Shown: in pieces, positions 51,665-64,000 of the stretch
Layout: each line of letters opens with the position of its first letter
How positions within the stretch are numbered: the stretch's first letter is position 1
Assembly (NCBI GenBank): GCA_951406725.2
Contig: OX597819.1
Span: 98,084,001-98,148,000 of the forward strand
Direction of reading: 5' to 3'
DNA length: 64,000 nt
From: Octopus vulgaris
Taxonomy: Eukaryota
Made by a program: the position numbers and the translations under genes
Notes under the pieces: model-generated
Told to the model about the DNA's origin: nothing
What the model saw: only the letters and a program-made list of their open reading frames with translations
Database searches by the model: none

Positions 51665-52178
51665 TCTATATATATAAAACTGTAGTTGTGTGAGTGTCTG
51701 TCTCCTACGATTTAGATTCCTAACTCCTCCCACATTTTGCGGTGCAGTTTAACCAAATTCGGGTATCTTATAGTCGTGATTCATATCGAGCCCGTCTGGC
51801 TATTAGCGCGCGTCTACGATGAGTCTACGATTTTTAAAATAATTTAACATCATTTTTTATTCCATTTTAATGCATAATTTTTCGTGTGTCGATGGCGGCG
51901 GAGTTGGCGTCCATGGTCACACCTGCACTGTGTTTGCTTCTCCCCCTTCTTCCCTCCCTCGTGAAGCTGTGGGGAAGGGAGTGTAAGCAAATCAACGTCG
52001 TAATGCGTTGTCAAGGAGACCAGCGTTCTTTTAGAACAACGACTTCATGGCTTGAAGACACCAAAACAGAAATGGCTAAGAAAGCCCGAATTGGCATCTA
52101 TAAGGGAAGTAACTCTCTAAAAATGCTTATATAGTTATATCCCTTACAAACTCGAGCAACGCCGGGCGATACTGCTAG
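51665..52178 (+). mobile_element. Non-autonomous Helitron, long variant
   Basis: A|TC 5' end, 3' hairpin CTCGAGCAACGCCGGG and CTAG|T; no TSD. Confidence 0.85.
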
Positions 52179-52521
52179 TTATATATATATTGATAAACAT
52201 AAAATTATATATATATTGACATTGCATAAAATTATATGTATATTGACATTGCATTTGTATTATTTGTTATGAGCTTGGAATATGGGCGTAAATTATAAAA
52301 CAGAATATGAAAGTTTCATTACGTACGTTTCATTAACATGATGTGATTATTAGTTGCATAATGTAAATTATGTTATTGGATTGTAGTAATGTAGACAGAA
52401 TCAACGACTGTGAACGTAAAGTTGTGTAACTAAATATCCGATACACAATCATTCATGTTTCGTTCTATTTTATATACACATTTATGTGTGTGTATGTGTG
52501 CATGTGAGTGTGTATGTGTGC

Positions 52522-52564
<43 letters not shown>

Positions 52565-52601
52565 GAGAGAGAGAGAGAGAGAGAGACCGAGATGCATGTA
52601 A

Positions 52602-52632
<31 letters not shown>

Positions 52633-52715
52633 TATTACTATTTATACACATATAAATAACTATTTGTATATATGTATGTATATATATGTATATATATATA
52701 TGTGAGTATGCACAT

Positions 52716-52763
<48 letters not shown>

Positions 52764-53012
52764 CTTATGCATATATATTCATACGTATGTACATATAAAA
52801 GATATAAAATTTATAATCAAATCTAACAATAATGTACAATAAAAATTTAAGGTAAAATTTGTGAATATTGATTAAGTTAAGGTATCTTGTAAAATATATG
52901 CTAAACATGTTATATACCCTTCCTAATTATATACCATAACATGCATAATACAAGACATAGCTCATAAATTAAAAAATACATGCACTGCATATACATACAT
53001 ACGTACATAAAT

Positions 53013-53116
<104 letters not shown>

Positions 53117-53446
53117 TACATTAATAAAGCACTTAAGCAAATATATATATATATTACAATAAAATGAAGCGCTTAAGAAATATTTATATAAGAACATAAT
53201 ATAATACAATGTGTAATGCTACTCAAATAATATATACAGGTTAGAGTATGCAAATATATATTATATATCTATCACATTTTATATGGTATTTAGCATTCTA
53301 CAATACGATATTACACAATATTTCATGATGGAACTATGCAATCACGAAAAAGTTTTTTTTATGGGAGATGTACGTACGTATGTTACCGTAATATATAACA
53401 GTATATAAAAAGAAGTAGAGTGTGTGTGTGTGTATATATATATGTG

Positions 53447-53717
<271 letters not shown>

Positions 53718-53744
53718 TACTTACATACATATACACATACGCAC

Positions 53745-53775
<31 letters not shown>

Positions 53776-53782
53776 TATATAT

Positions 53783-53947
53783 ACTTTATTTAAAAGCCGC
53801 ATAAATATAACAAAAGCTACGGTAACGTAAAACTCTGAGTAACAGCTTTTGTTATATTTCTGCTGCTTTTAAATAAAGCATATTATTCTACCTCTGGTAT
53901 TTGAGTACTCTTTTTGCCACCTTGTTTCACATTTATGTGCTTACTCC

Positions 53948-53950
<3 letters not shown>
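53783..53950 (+). mobile_element. Foldback cassette with a hammerhead 3' half in the loop
   Basis: Arms of about 35 bp enclose ACG-GTAA-CGT-AAAA-CTCTGAG-TA-ACAG; 70-bp tail; (TA)n on both sides. Confidence 0.7.
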
Positions 53951-53996
<46 letters not shown>

Positions 53997-54147
53997 CAAG
54001 ATGAAATGAATAGGATTTTGTTTCTGTGCATTGGTAATAGCTCTTAGTTGTTGAGTTTCCTATATGATGACATATGATAGCCGATAACCGTATAGAAGCT
54101 TTGAAATGCCCGTTATGAGGTTATCACACAGATGGTTTTAAATAGGT

Positions 54148-54218
<71 letters not shown>

Positions 54219-54294
54219 TGTGTGCGTGTATGTTAAGAATAGACTAAAATAGTAGATACATAAGCGATACTCATATGTACACACACACACATAT

Positions 54295-54640
54295 CGTTTA
54301 TCTTATACTTCTTTCAGTCATTTGACTGCGGCCATGCTGAAGCACCGCCTCTTAGTCGAATAAATCGATCACAGGGTTTATTCTTTGTAAGACTAGTATT
54401 TATTGTATCAATCTCTTTTGCCGAACCGTTAAAGTTGCGGAGACGTAAACACACCAACATCGGTTGTCAAGCGATGATGGGTGACAAACACAGACACAAA
54501 AATTCATGTGTGTGTGTGTGTACGAGAAGTTTCTTTTAGTTTCCGTCTACCATATCCACTCACAAGACACTTGCCCAAAGTGCCACGCAATGGGACTGAA
54601 CCCGAAACCATATATATAAATAGGCGCCACTCCTGCGCCT
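54295..54640 (-). mobile_element. SINE family A with deletions
   Basis: Tail, body and CACTCCTGCGCC head. Confidence 0.8.
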
Positions 54641-55118
54641 ATTTATATATAATATACAATTTTATTTGTTTGCGAGTTTTGTATATGCATGTATACATCC
54701 CTGTATATATATATGTATTATATATATATGTATTTATGTGTTTGATCTATTTCCATGTGTGTATGTGTGTGTAAGTGTGTACATATAATACATATTATTT
54801 ATCATGTTTAATCATTTTGTACTAATTATTTTGTATTATTGTTTCCTTGCATTTGTCTTTTATTTATCTATTTAAAATTCATTAATTCTTACTTTTCATT
54901 TTCTATGTATAAACATTTTTCATCTCTCAATGTCAGCCCACGATTACCAACTTTGCTTTAAAAACGATATTTGATACTTGTATTCGAAATATTATTTACG
55001 TTAACAGATAATACTCACAAAACTGTGTAACAATCCCTGCACTATAATATATATATATGTATGTATGTATATACGTGTGTGTGTGCATGTATGTATATAA
55101 AGATATATATATAAAGAC

Positions 55119-55157
<39 letters not shown>

Positions 55158-55158
<1 letters not shown>

Positions 55159-55328
55159 GGAAACTAAGACAAAGTAGGAAGTGCTAAAATAATTTTATCA
55201 TGAAGAACATTTTAGTACCTGTTTTAGTCATTTTGATACCAGTACTAAAATGGTAAATTATTTTAGCATTTATTGCCTTGTCTTCTTTTCCTTATACATA
55301 TCATCTCGTGTGTTCCTTTTCAATCTTA
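55158..55328. repeat. Diverged foldback cassette in (TA)n
   Basis: GCTAAAATAATTT..CATTTTAGTAC / GTACTAAAATG..AAATTATTTTAGC; the arms begin at GATACCAGTA (plus) and AAAACAGGTA (minus), both like GAAACCGGTA. Confidence 0.65.
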
Positions 55329-55354
55329 TATATATATATATATACATACATACT

Positions 55355-55575
55355 TAGATAAACTTAGACTTAGATATGTTTCGACCAAAGATTGGTCCAG
55401 GCCATGTCTAACTTAATAGCACCACCTGATAGGATTATTTGAATCCTGTTTAAGTCAAGTTTTGTTTATGGTCCATTCAAGTAGTGTGTTTTTGTTGGGT
55501 GAGTTGTATCCAATTATGGGTGGCTTATCTGGTATTCCTTGAAGGAATCTATCCAGACTCCGTTTAAAGTTGAGC
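55355..55575 (-). mobile_element. CR1/L2-group LINE 3' end
   Basis: Reverse complement of 62857-63062; (TCTAAG) tail. Confidence 0.7.
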
Positions 55576-55929
55576 AGCAGCCAATGGGTGATAAAATTGA
55601 TACTGAGTATGGCAGTAGCAACAGCAGCATCAGCAGCAGATAGGACACTGATTCCAATTTAAAGATCCATCAGGCTCCAAGTTGGCTGAGACAGTCATAC
55701 ATATACATATACATATACACACACACATACACATATATACAGGTGCAGGAATGGCTGTATATATATATATGTATATAAAGATATATATATATATATAAAG
55801 AGATGTATATATGCGTATATATATATAGGCGCAGGAGAAACTGTATATATGTGTGTGTGTGTATATGTTATATATATATATATACATACATACACACACA
55901 CACCCATATATATATATATATATATATAT

Positions 55930-56135
55930 TTGTGTGTCTGTATTTTTGCCCCAGCATCGCTTGACAACCGATGTTGGTGTGTTTACGTCCCCGTAATTTA
56001 GCGATTCGGCAAAGAGACCGATTGAATAAGTACTAAGTTTTAAAAGAATAAGTCCTGGGGTCGATTTGTTCGACTAAATGTGGTGCTCCAGCATTGCCGC
56101 AGTCAAATGACTGAAACAAGTAAACGAGTAAAGAG
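55930..56135 (+). mobile_element. SINE family A, 3' half
   Basis: Body and tail; head remnants at 55742 and 55827. Confidence 0.8.
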
Positions 56136-56149
56136 TATATGCGTGTATC

Positions 56150-56236
<87 letters not shown>

Positions 56237-56359
56237 CATATCTTTATATAAATCAAACGTAGAACTGAAAGAACACAACAAACTGAGACTCAAAAACACA
56301 ATGTGCGGAAAAATAGACGATAGCACGGCAAACAGCAAACATGTTAAAAGCAAGATACA

Positions 56360-56395
56360 TGGGCCATTCGCAGCCGAAAAGCTCATCAGTCGGAG
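56360..56395 (-). ncRNA. Variant hammerhead-like motif in a PLE-like terminal fragment (about 56250-56412)
   Basis: Minus strand CTGATGA-GC-TTTTCGGCT-GC-GAA-TGGCCC; helix III and cleavage triplet are non-canonical. Confidence 0.4.
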
Positions 56396-56690
56396 TTCAG
56401 TGTGTGTCAAGAAATATGTATATATAAAAATATACATTTATCTTTTATCTTTTATCTTTTATGTTGTTTCAGTCAACTGACTGTAGCCATGCTGGGACTA
56501 CACCCTGAAGAAATATTTTAAGTCGAACAAAATCGACCCCAAGGTTTACTTTTTAAGCCTAGAACTTATTCTATCCGCCTCTTTTGCCGAACTGCTAGAT
56601 TAAATACAGTAACACACACACATATAAACACATACATTTACTGCATATATATTGATATATTAATATATTACCATCTTACATAGATATGTA

Positions 56691-56803
<113 letters not shown>

Positions 56804-56842
56804 GTATATATATATATATATGTGTGTGTGTATGTATGTATG

Positions 56843-56880
<38 letters not shown>

Positions 56881-56910
56881 CCTATATATATATGTATGTA
56901 TGTATATATA

Positions 56911-58351
56911 TCTCTCTCTTCTCTCTCTCTTTGTTGCGTTTGTCCCTCCTCTCTCTCTCTCTCTCTCTCTCTCTTCCTTTGCTTCTCTTTCTTTTCTTTT
57001 CCCTCTTCTCTGTCACGTGACTGTTGGCCGAAATCTGCCTTTCAGTTTCTGACCCTCGTCTTGTTAACATCGCTGTTTTCGTCCGCCACTATAAAGGCTT
57101 TTTCCATTGCGCCAGAGAAAAAATTTGTTTGCTTGTTATCAGTCGTAAGACACTGTTGTTTTCACCGTTAATGCTTCTGTATTTCATGTTTCTGTATTCC
57201 ATTATTGTTTTTTGTTTTTTTTATATCTGTCCCTTTTGCTGTCCTGGTGTTCGTATGCATTCGATCCTTCTTCCAGGAAATCTACGCTTCCAGCTTAGTT
57301 TTTCTAATGCTCGTTGCTTGGTTTTTCTTGGAGGGCTGGCCGTGATCTAGTAATCTCAAGATTAATCAGCCGAAATTACTACGATGATCCGGTTCTTGAC
57401 TGAAGACTGAGGGTTTCGAATGTCCTGTCCGTGTTTATTGTGTCGTCTTCTAAGAGTTATACGTTCTTGTCCATGTTGTATTTTTCTACATACCTTAACA
57501 TATATTCCAGGCGCCCCGTACCCCCCTTAACATTTATGTGAGCACATATTCTTAATAATTGGTACGACTCTCTGTTTGTCTCTCTCTCTCTCTCATTTTT
57601 ACTTGATCTGTCCCCCTCTCTCTCTTTTCTCTCTACTCATCCTCTTTTTCTCTTCTCTTTCCTCTGATTCTTTGGTCTAGTCTTCCACTACCCTCCTATT
57701 TCTTTGTCTCGCTCTGCACTCACAGGTCATTCTTCGACACCCATCCCTTCTCCTCTCTGATTCCTTCTTTCTCTCTCTTCTCTCTCTTTGTTGCGTTTGT
57801 CCCTCCTCTCTCTCTCTCTCTCTCTCTCTCTTCCTTTGCTTCTCTTTCTTTTCTTTTCCCTCTTCTCTGTCACGTGACTGTTGGCCGAAATCTGCCTTTC
57901 AGTTTCTGACCCTCGTCTTGTTAACATCGCTGTTTTCGTCCGCCACTATAAAGGCTTTTTCCATTGCGCCAGAGAAAAAATTTGTTTGCTTGTTATCAGT
58001 CGTAAGACACTGTTGTTTTCACCGTTAATGCTTCTGTATTTCATGTTTCTGTATTCCATTATTGTTTTTTGTTTTTTTTATATCTGTCCCTTTTGCTGTC
58101 CTGGTGTTCGTATGCATTCGATCCTTCTTCCAGGAAATCTACGCTTCCAGCTTAGTTTTTCTAATGCTCGTTGCTTGGTTTTTCTTGGAGGGCTGGCCGT
58201 GATCTAGTAATCTCAAGATTAATCAGCCGAAATTACTACGATGATCCGGTTCTTGACTGAAGACTGAGGGTTTCGAATGTCCTGTCCGTGTTTATTGTGT
58301 CGTCTTCTAAGAGTTATACGTTCTTGTCCATGTTGTATTTTTCTACATACC

Positions 58352-58355
<4 letters not shown>
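56911..58355 (+). repeat. Partial tandem repeat, 857-bp period, about 1.7 copies, pLTR-like
   Basis: 56911-57498 is essentially identical to 57770-58355 (identical 108-aa ORFs offset by 857); (TA)n on both sides. Confidence 0.9.
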
Positions 58356-58409
<54 letters not shown>

Positions 58410-58915
58410 TATGCATACATACACAGACACACACACACACATATGACTAGGTCTTGGAAGAGTCATTACGCTACACAAATTATAAAACACGCACAGATTC
58501 AATTCCACTTTCTTATTACTTTTTAAACTGTGGTTAAATATCTAATCAACTAATTAATATATATTATAATAATAATATAAATAATATATATATGTATGTA
58601 TGTATTATATATATATATAGTTAATTTGAAAATAAAATAACAATTTTATCAAGTGGTCAGTATAGAAAAAAATAACCTTCAAAGGTAATAATTATTAAAA
58701 TTATAAATTAGGCTATCTACGGGATACAACCATGCTAAAAATAGCAGCCATGATCTGACTCTAAAACCACCTTAATTGTCCATATATCAACACGGCGAGA
58801 AAGCTAAGTGACAAGATGAAACTAGTAAAAAATTACTTGATAATTCTAGACCCCGGATTTCTGACTTTGCATTTAGGAATGCTTTGCCTCGTCAATAGAA
58901 TACACACAGAAGAGA

Positions 58916-58982
<67 letters not shown>

Positions 58983-59056
58983 GTATGAATGCTTGTTTGC
59001 ATGTATATAAACCATAGTTATATATTTATGTATGTGTGTGTGTGTATATATAAATA

Positions 59057-59125
<69 letters not shown>

Positions 59126-59182
59126 TACATACATATATATATATACATATATATGTATGAATGTACGTATGTATGCTGGGTT

Positions 59183-59213
<31 letters not shown>

Positions 59214-59592
59214 CGTGTCTGTCTTTGTGCTTGTATGTGTGCACGACCTCGCAAATTAGTGGTTCTGCATAAGAAACCGATAGAATAAGTACCAGGCTTT
59301 ATAAAATAAATACGGGTGTCTATACGTTTGACCAAACCCTTCAAAGCGATGCTGCAAAATGGCCACATTCCAATGACGGCAACAAATAAAAGCTAAAAGA
59401 TATTTAAACGAAAGTCTTAAAGAAAGCCTTTCTTAATTAACATCAGTTGGCGCTAATGTTTGTTATAAAATAACTATATGGTTCGTTCACTAGCCATGAT
59501 AATTTTGTAATTGGTCATTGCTTCCAACTGCTACACAACATATAAAAATTAATACGTCCTTACTATACATGTATACATATATATATATATGT

Positions 59593-59639
<47 letters not shown>

Positions 59640-59642
59640 CAT

Positions 59643-59734
<92 letters not shown>

Positions 59735-59891
59735 TCTTTTACTCTTTTACTTGTTTCAGCCATCCGGCTGAGGCCATGCTGGGGCACCGCCCTTGTTGCT
59801 ACCCTCTCTAAGTCCAGTTTGCCGTGGCTGGCCACTGATCTAAGAGAGAGTTTGTAGCTGCTGCCCTTAGGTTACCTTCGTACCTTGCAGT

Positions 59892-59930
<39 letters not shown>

Positions 59931-60024
59931 CCTGTATGTATGATGTATCTGTGGATGAATGGATAGATGTGTGTGTAATTATTGCTGCTTATTAATGATA
60001 ATACATACGCACATACATACATAT

Positions 60025-60057
<33 letters not shown>

Positions 60058-60071
60058 TACATATATATACT

Positions 60072-60134
<63 letters not shown>

Positions 60135-60220
60135 GTATATATATATATATATACGTATATATACATATATACGAATATATATATATATATATGTATTGTA
60201 ATTTTATTGGTGTTCTCCTC

Positions 60221-60480
60221 AGCAAGTTTATAAACGTTCACTACATATATAACAAGTTTATACTTGTTCGTTGCACATATAACAAGTTTACAATTTTTCA
60301 CTCCGTATACACCAAGTTCATAATTGTTCACAGTATATTTAGTATGTTTTTAGCTATTCACTACAAATTATTTTAAACTTGTTAACAGCATTTAACAGTG
60401 ATATATAGTTATACACTATTTACGGGAGGGTTATAGTTGTTCACTGCTTGAATCAACGTTACTATACCTGTAGTAAATAT
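60221..60480. repeat. Degenerate 30-bp minisatellite
   Basis: AACAAGTTTA-like block at 60221, 60251, 60281, 60311; related array at 62470-62750. Confidence 0.7.
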
Positions 60481-60949
60481 GCATTCGTCTGAAAGAAGTA
60501 ATTATTCTCCACTGGCAAGACACACCAGCGATTAGTATATTCACGTTCGAATGTCTCGGAACGTACCAAGAATCAATATGCAAGTCACCGTTTAATTTTT
60601 ACAGTTTATAGTTGTTTAGTATAGATAAGATTTTTATGATTTGTCGTTGATCACTGCATATATATATATACATATATATTTATAATAAGTGTAGGTGGAC
60701 TTTCTCGATTACAGCCAACAATTCTAGTCAACGCAACCATTATGCTCTACCCAACAAAATTCTACCACGTGGACTCTGTTGAGACTAGTAAGAAACAATT
60801 ATGAACTTTTTTTATTACACTTAACTTTTAAAAGTGTTTTTGATAAGGTTCGTTTTTACAAGAACTGAAACATGTAAAATCTCTAAGAAAATTAAAAATG
60901 TTTCTTATATAGTGGCGTTTTCAAACTTCTTTTTAAATATATATATATA

Positions 60950-61352
60950 TCTTTCTCTTTCTCTTGTTTCAGTCATTTGACTGCGGCCATGCTGGAGCAC
61001 CGCCTTTAATCGAGCAACTCGACCCCAGGACTTATTCTTTTGTAAGCCCAGTACTTATTCTATCGGTCTCTTTTGCCGAACCGCTAAGTAACGGGGACAT
61101 AAACACACCAGCATCGGTTGTCAAGCAATGCTAGGGGGACAAACACAGACACACAAACACACACACGCATATATATATGTACATACATACGACGGGCTTC
61201 TTTCAGTTTCCGTCTACCAAATCCACCCACAAGGCTTTGGTCGGCCCGAGGCTATAGTAGAAGACACTTGCCCAAGGTGCCACGCAGTGGGACTGAACCC
61301 GGAACCATGTGGTTGGTTAGCAAGCTACTTACCACACAGCCACTCCTGCGCC
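60950..61352 (-). mobile_element. SINE family A, full length, young
   Basis: Near-identical to 692-1099. Confidence 0.9.
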
Positions 61353-61779
61353 TATATATATAGTTCATAGATGAGAATCAAATATTCTCCGTATAAAATA
61401 TATTTAGTAGTGCCCAAGAGGTTTAACTTGAGCGGGTGGAGAAGTAAATGTAAAGACAAGCAAGTTGAGCAGGTTAATATAGAAAGTATATTAAATGCAG
61501 GAAATGCAAAAAATGTAGGTATGTTTACATATAAAAATGATACCAAGAATTAAAGGCGTTATGTATGTAGGTATCTGTGTATGCATGTATGTCTTAGCGG
61601 TTCGGCAAAAGATCCCGATAGAATAAGTACCCGGCTTTAAAAAACTAAGTACTGGGGTCGATACATTCGATTAAAAGTACTTCAAGGCAGTGCTCCAGCG
61701 TGACCGCAGTCTAATGACTCAAACGAGCCAAAGATTGTATGTGTATATATATATGAAGATATTATTATTAATACAAATA

Positions 61780-61816
<37 letters not shown>

Positions 61817-61952
61817 ATAAGTGTGCGCGGACTTTCTCGATTACAGCCAACAATTCTAGTCAACGCTCAATACAGCCATTATGCTCTACCCCACAAAACA
61901 CTACCACGTGGACTCTGTTGAGACTAGCAAGCATAAAAACCAAAAAGTAAAT

Positions 61953-62238
61953 CTATAATCCAGGGTACAAGTAGCAGCGTTGCTAGAAATAAGAGGCGGA
62001 AAGTACTCAAATAAGCCACAATATCACTGTAAATTTAACAAGCTGACGAAATCGAAATCACGTGAAATGGGTATATCTACAAATTCTTTTGCGTCTTTTC
62101 CCCCGCAATGGTAGGCTGGCTTTTACTCGCTCCTCGGTTTCATCAGCTTGTTAAATTTACAATGATATTGTGGTTTATTTGAGTATTATTCGATTCTTAT
62201 TTCTAGCAACGTTGGTACCTGTACCCTTGATTATAAAT
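61953..62238. repeat. Foldback with roughly 100-bp diverged arms
   Basis: TATAATCCAGGGTACA..TTTAACAAGCTGACGAAA pairs with TTTCATCAGCTTGTTAAA..TGTACCCTTGATTATA. Confidence 0.85.
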
Positions 62239-62469
62239 ATATATATACATTAGTGGTTCGGCAAAAGATCCCGATTAAATAAGTACTAGGCTTTAAAAAA
62301 AGTAGGCGCCGGGATCAATACATTCGAATAAAAATTCTTCGAGGCGGTGCTCCAGCATGGCCGCATTCTAATTACTGAAACAAATAAAAGATAAAATATA
62401 TATGCATGTATAGTGATTTTAACCGCATAAAATGATATTATATCTTTATAACTATCAACTACATTACGA

Positions 62470-62750
62470 TATAGTTGTTCAATGCGGATAACAATAAGAG
62501 GGTTGTTCACTATATATTAACAAGGAAATAGTTGTTCACTGCATGTTAACAATGGTATAGCTGTTTACAACATATAACCATAATGTCGCTCATTTACATG
62601 TAACAATTAATAGCTGTTTATTAACATGTTAAGGTGTAAAGTCATAATTGTTCATTATATGTTAACAATAGTACAACTGTCCACTACATTCAGTTATATC
62701 ACAAAAGTGATATAATTGTTCACTAAGTTACCAGTGCAGTAACTGTTCAC
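62470..62750. repeat. Degenerate 29-30-bp minisatellite
   Basis: Repeated TAGTTGTTCACT..TTAACAA. Confidence 0.6.
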
Positions 62751-62799
62751 CACACAAACTGGTTAGAGATATTTGTACAAATCAGACAATTCTGGAGTC

Positions 62800-63068
62800 A
62801 AATTCTTACTTCTATATATATCCAAAACAGATCAAAAAGGGAAAGGATCCTATCATCTTTAAACGGAGTCTGGACAGATTTCTTCAAGGAATACTAGATA
62901 AGCCACCCATACCTGGATACAACTTACTCAACAAGAATTCACTACTTGAATGGACCATAAACAAAACTTGACTTAAAAAGGATTTAGATAATCCCATCAG
63001 GTGGTGCTATTAAGTTAGACATACATGGCCTGGACCAATCTTTGGTCGAAACATATCTAAGTTTTATC
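62800..63068 (+). mobile_element. CR1/L2-group LINE 3' end
   Basis: FKRSLDRFLQGILDKPPIPGYNLLNKNSLLEW then a 3' UTR stem-loop GACCAATCTTTGGTC. Confidence 0.7.
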
Positions 63069-63517
63069 TACACTATTTTTATGAAGGTGCATGGCCTATT
63101 GATTAGTGTGCTGGTTCGTGGTTTCGATTTGAACTGGTAACGCACTTTTCCCTGAGCAAGTCACTTCACATCACATCGCACCTGTCTACTCATTTGAGAT
63201 TAATATCAGCAGCAGTAGAGAGTTAACATTATGGTGGACTGGTGTCCCATCCAGGAAAAGGTCCTGCGCTTTGGTCGCTTGTACTTCTCGGAAACTGAGA
63301 TAAGCTCCGATCTAATTATCCTTAAAGCTCGAGACAGATTTTAGGTTATGTTTAATATCATTTCTCTCGTGTGCCCGCCATAGTGTCACATTGGCTAATA
63401 CGCCTTGTCCAATACATACCTCCACTAACTGAGCATGAACTCACATTTTCGGCAGGAACAGCTTACTTTATCCATTTGACCAATTCATTCGGCATTTCAG
63501 CGAAGGAGGCTCTTTAT

Positions 63518-63858
63518 CAGAGGTTCTCAACGGGGATCCATATGGCCCCTGAGGGTCAATATAAGACTTTAGGGGTGGGAGGTCCACACAACAAAGTAGT
63601 AAATTGGGGATCCACAATAGTATTTTAAGGGCCCCTGAAAAAAATGCTTTAGATGTATTGCAAGAAACAGTTAAGTTTCTTTCTCTAACAGTTTAAGTAA
63701 TTCAACCTACACAAGTTAATGTGTTGAAAGCAAAATAGGAATTTTGAAAGAAGTTTCTATAAAACTAGTTTTAAAGCATCGAATGGTTATGGGGAGTCCA
63801 CAAGAATAGAATAAGAATCGAAGGGGTCTATAGACAAAAAAATGGTTGAGAACCCCTG
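63518..63858. mobile_element. hAT (Charlie-like) MITE
   Basis: TIRs CAGAGGTTCTCAAC / GTTGAGAACCCCTG; 8-bp TSD CTCTTTAT / CTCTATAT. Confidence 0.85.
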
Positions 63859-64000
63859 CTCTATATGATTATCCGTCCATCAAGAAATAGCGGTCAAATT
63901 TCCCTCAAATCAAGCTTCATGGCCTATTGAAACCAAAAAATCACGTGATGGTCATGGATGGAATGCCTTTGGTCACAGTTCTACTTGGTCATGGTTGATC

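Noticed and set aside
57024-58207. Duplicated 108-aa ORF as a gene pair
   Set aside because: Non-ATG start, T-rich low-complexity composition, no motif; a by-product of the tandem repeat.
58790-58832. GAAACTAGTA with upstream ACGGCGA
   Set aside because: The 3' half fits, but the core and helices I/II are unsupported.
63028-63055. CCTGGACCAATCTTTGGTCGAAAC as a hammerhead (also at 55378)
   Set aside because: No CUGAnGA core; position and tail match a CR1/L2-type 3' stem-loop.

Overview
AT-rich, repeat-saturated eukaryotic DNA with no recognisable host protein-coding gene. The tRNA-derived SINE families and the (TA)n/(CA)n/(TATG)n/(TAA)n load suggest an octopus (coleoid cephalopod) intron or intergenic region; this is inference. 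Most ORFs in the track are microsatellite artefacts. Real coding relics all come from transposons: R4/Dong-like and Hero-like RLE LINEs, RTE LINEs, CR1/L2-like 3' ends, a Tigger/pogo deletion derivative, a mariner MITE, and Penelope-like element (PLE) RT and GIY-YIG fragments. Non-coding hAT MITEs and non-autonomous Helitrons are also present. The most notable signal is RNA structure. A fully canonical type-I hammerhead ribozyme (30321-30403, minus) lies downstream of a PLE GIY-YIG relic. About a dozen further hammerhead-like motifs and short foldback cassettes sit in (TA)n tracts, and in several the inverted arm begins at helix III or the predicted cleavage site. All alignments and folds were made by eye. 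Boundaries are approximate where stated, and no activity is demonstrated.
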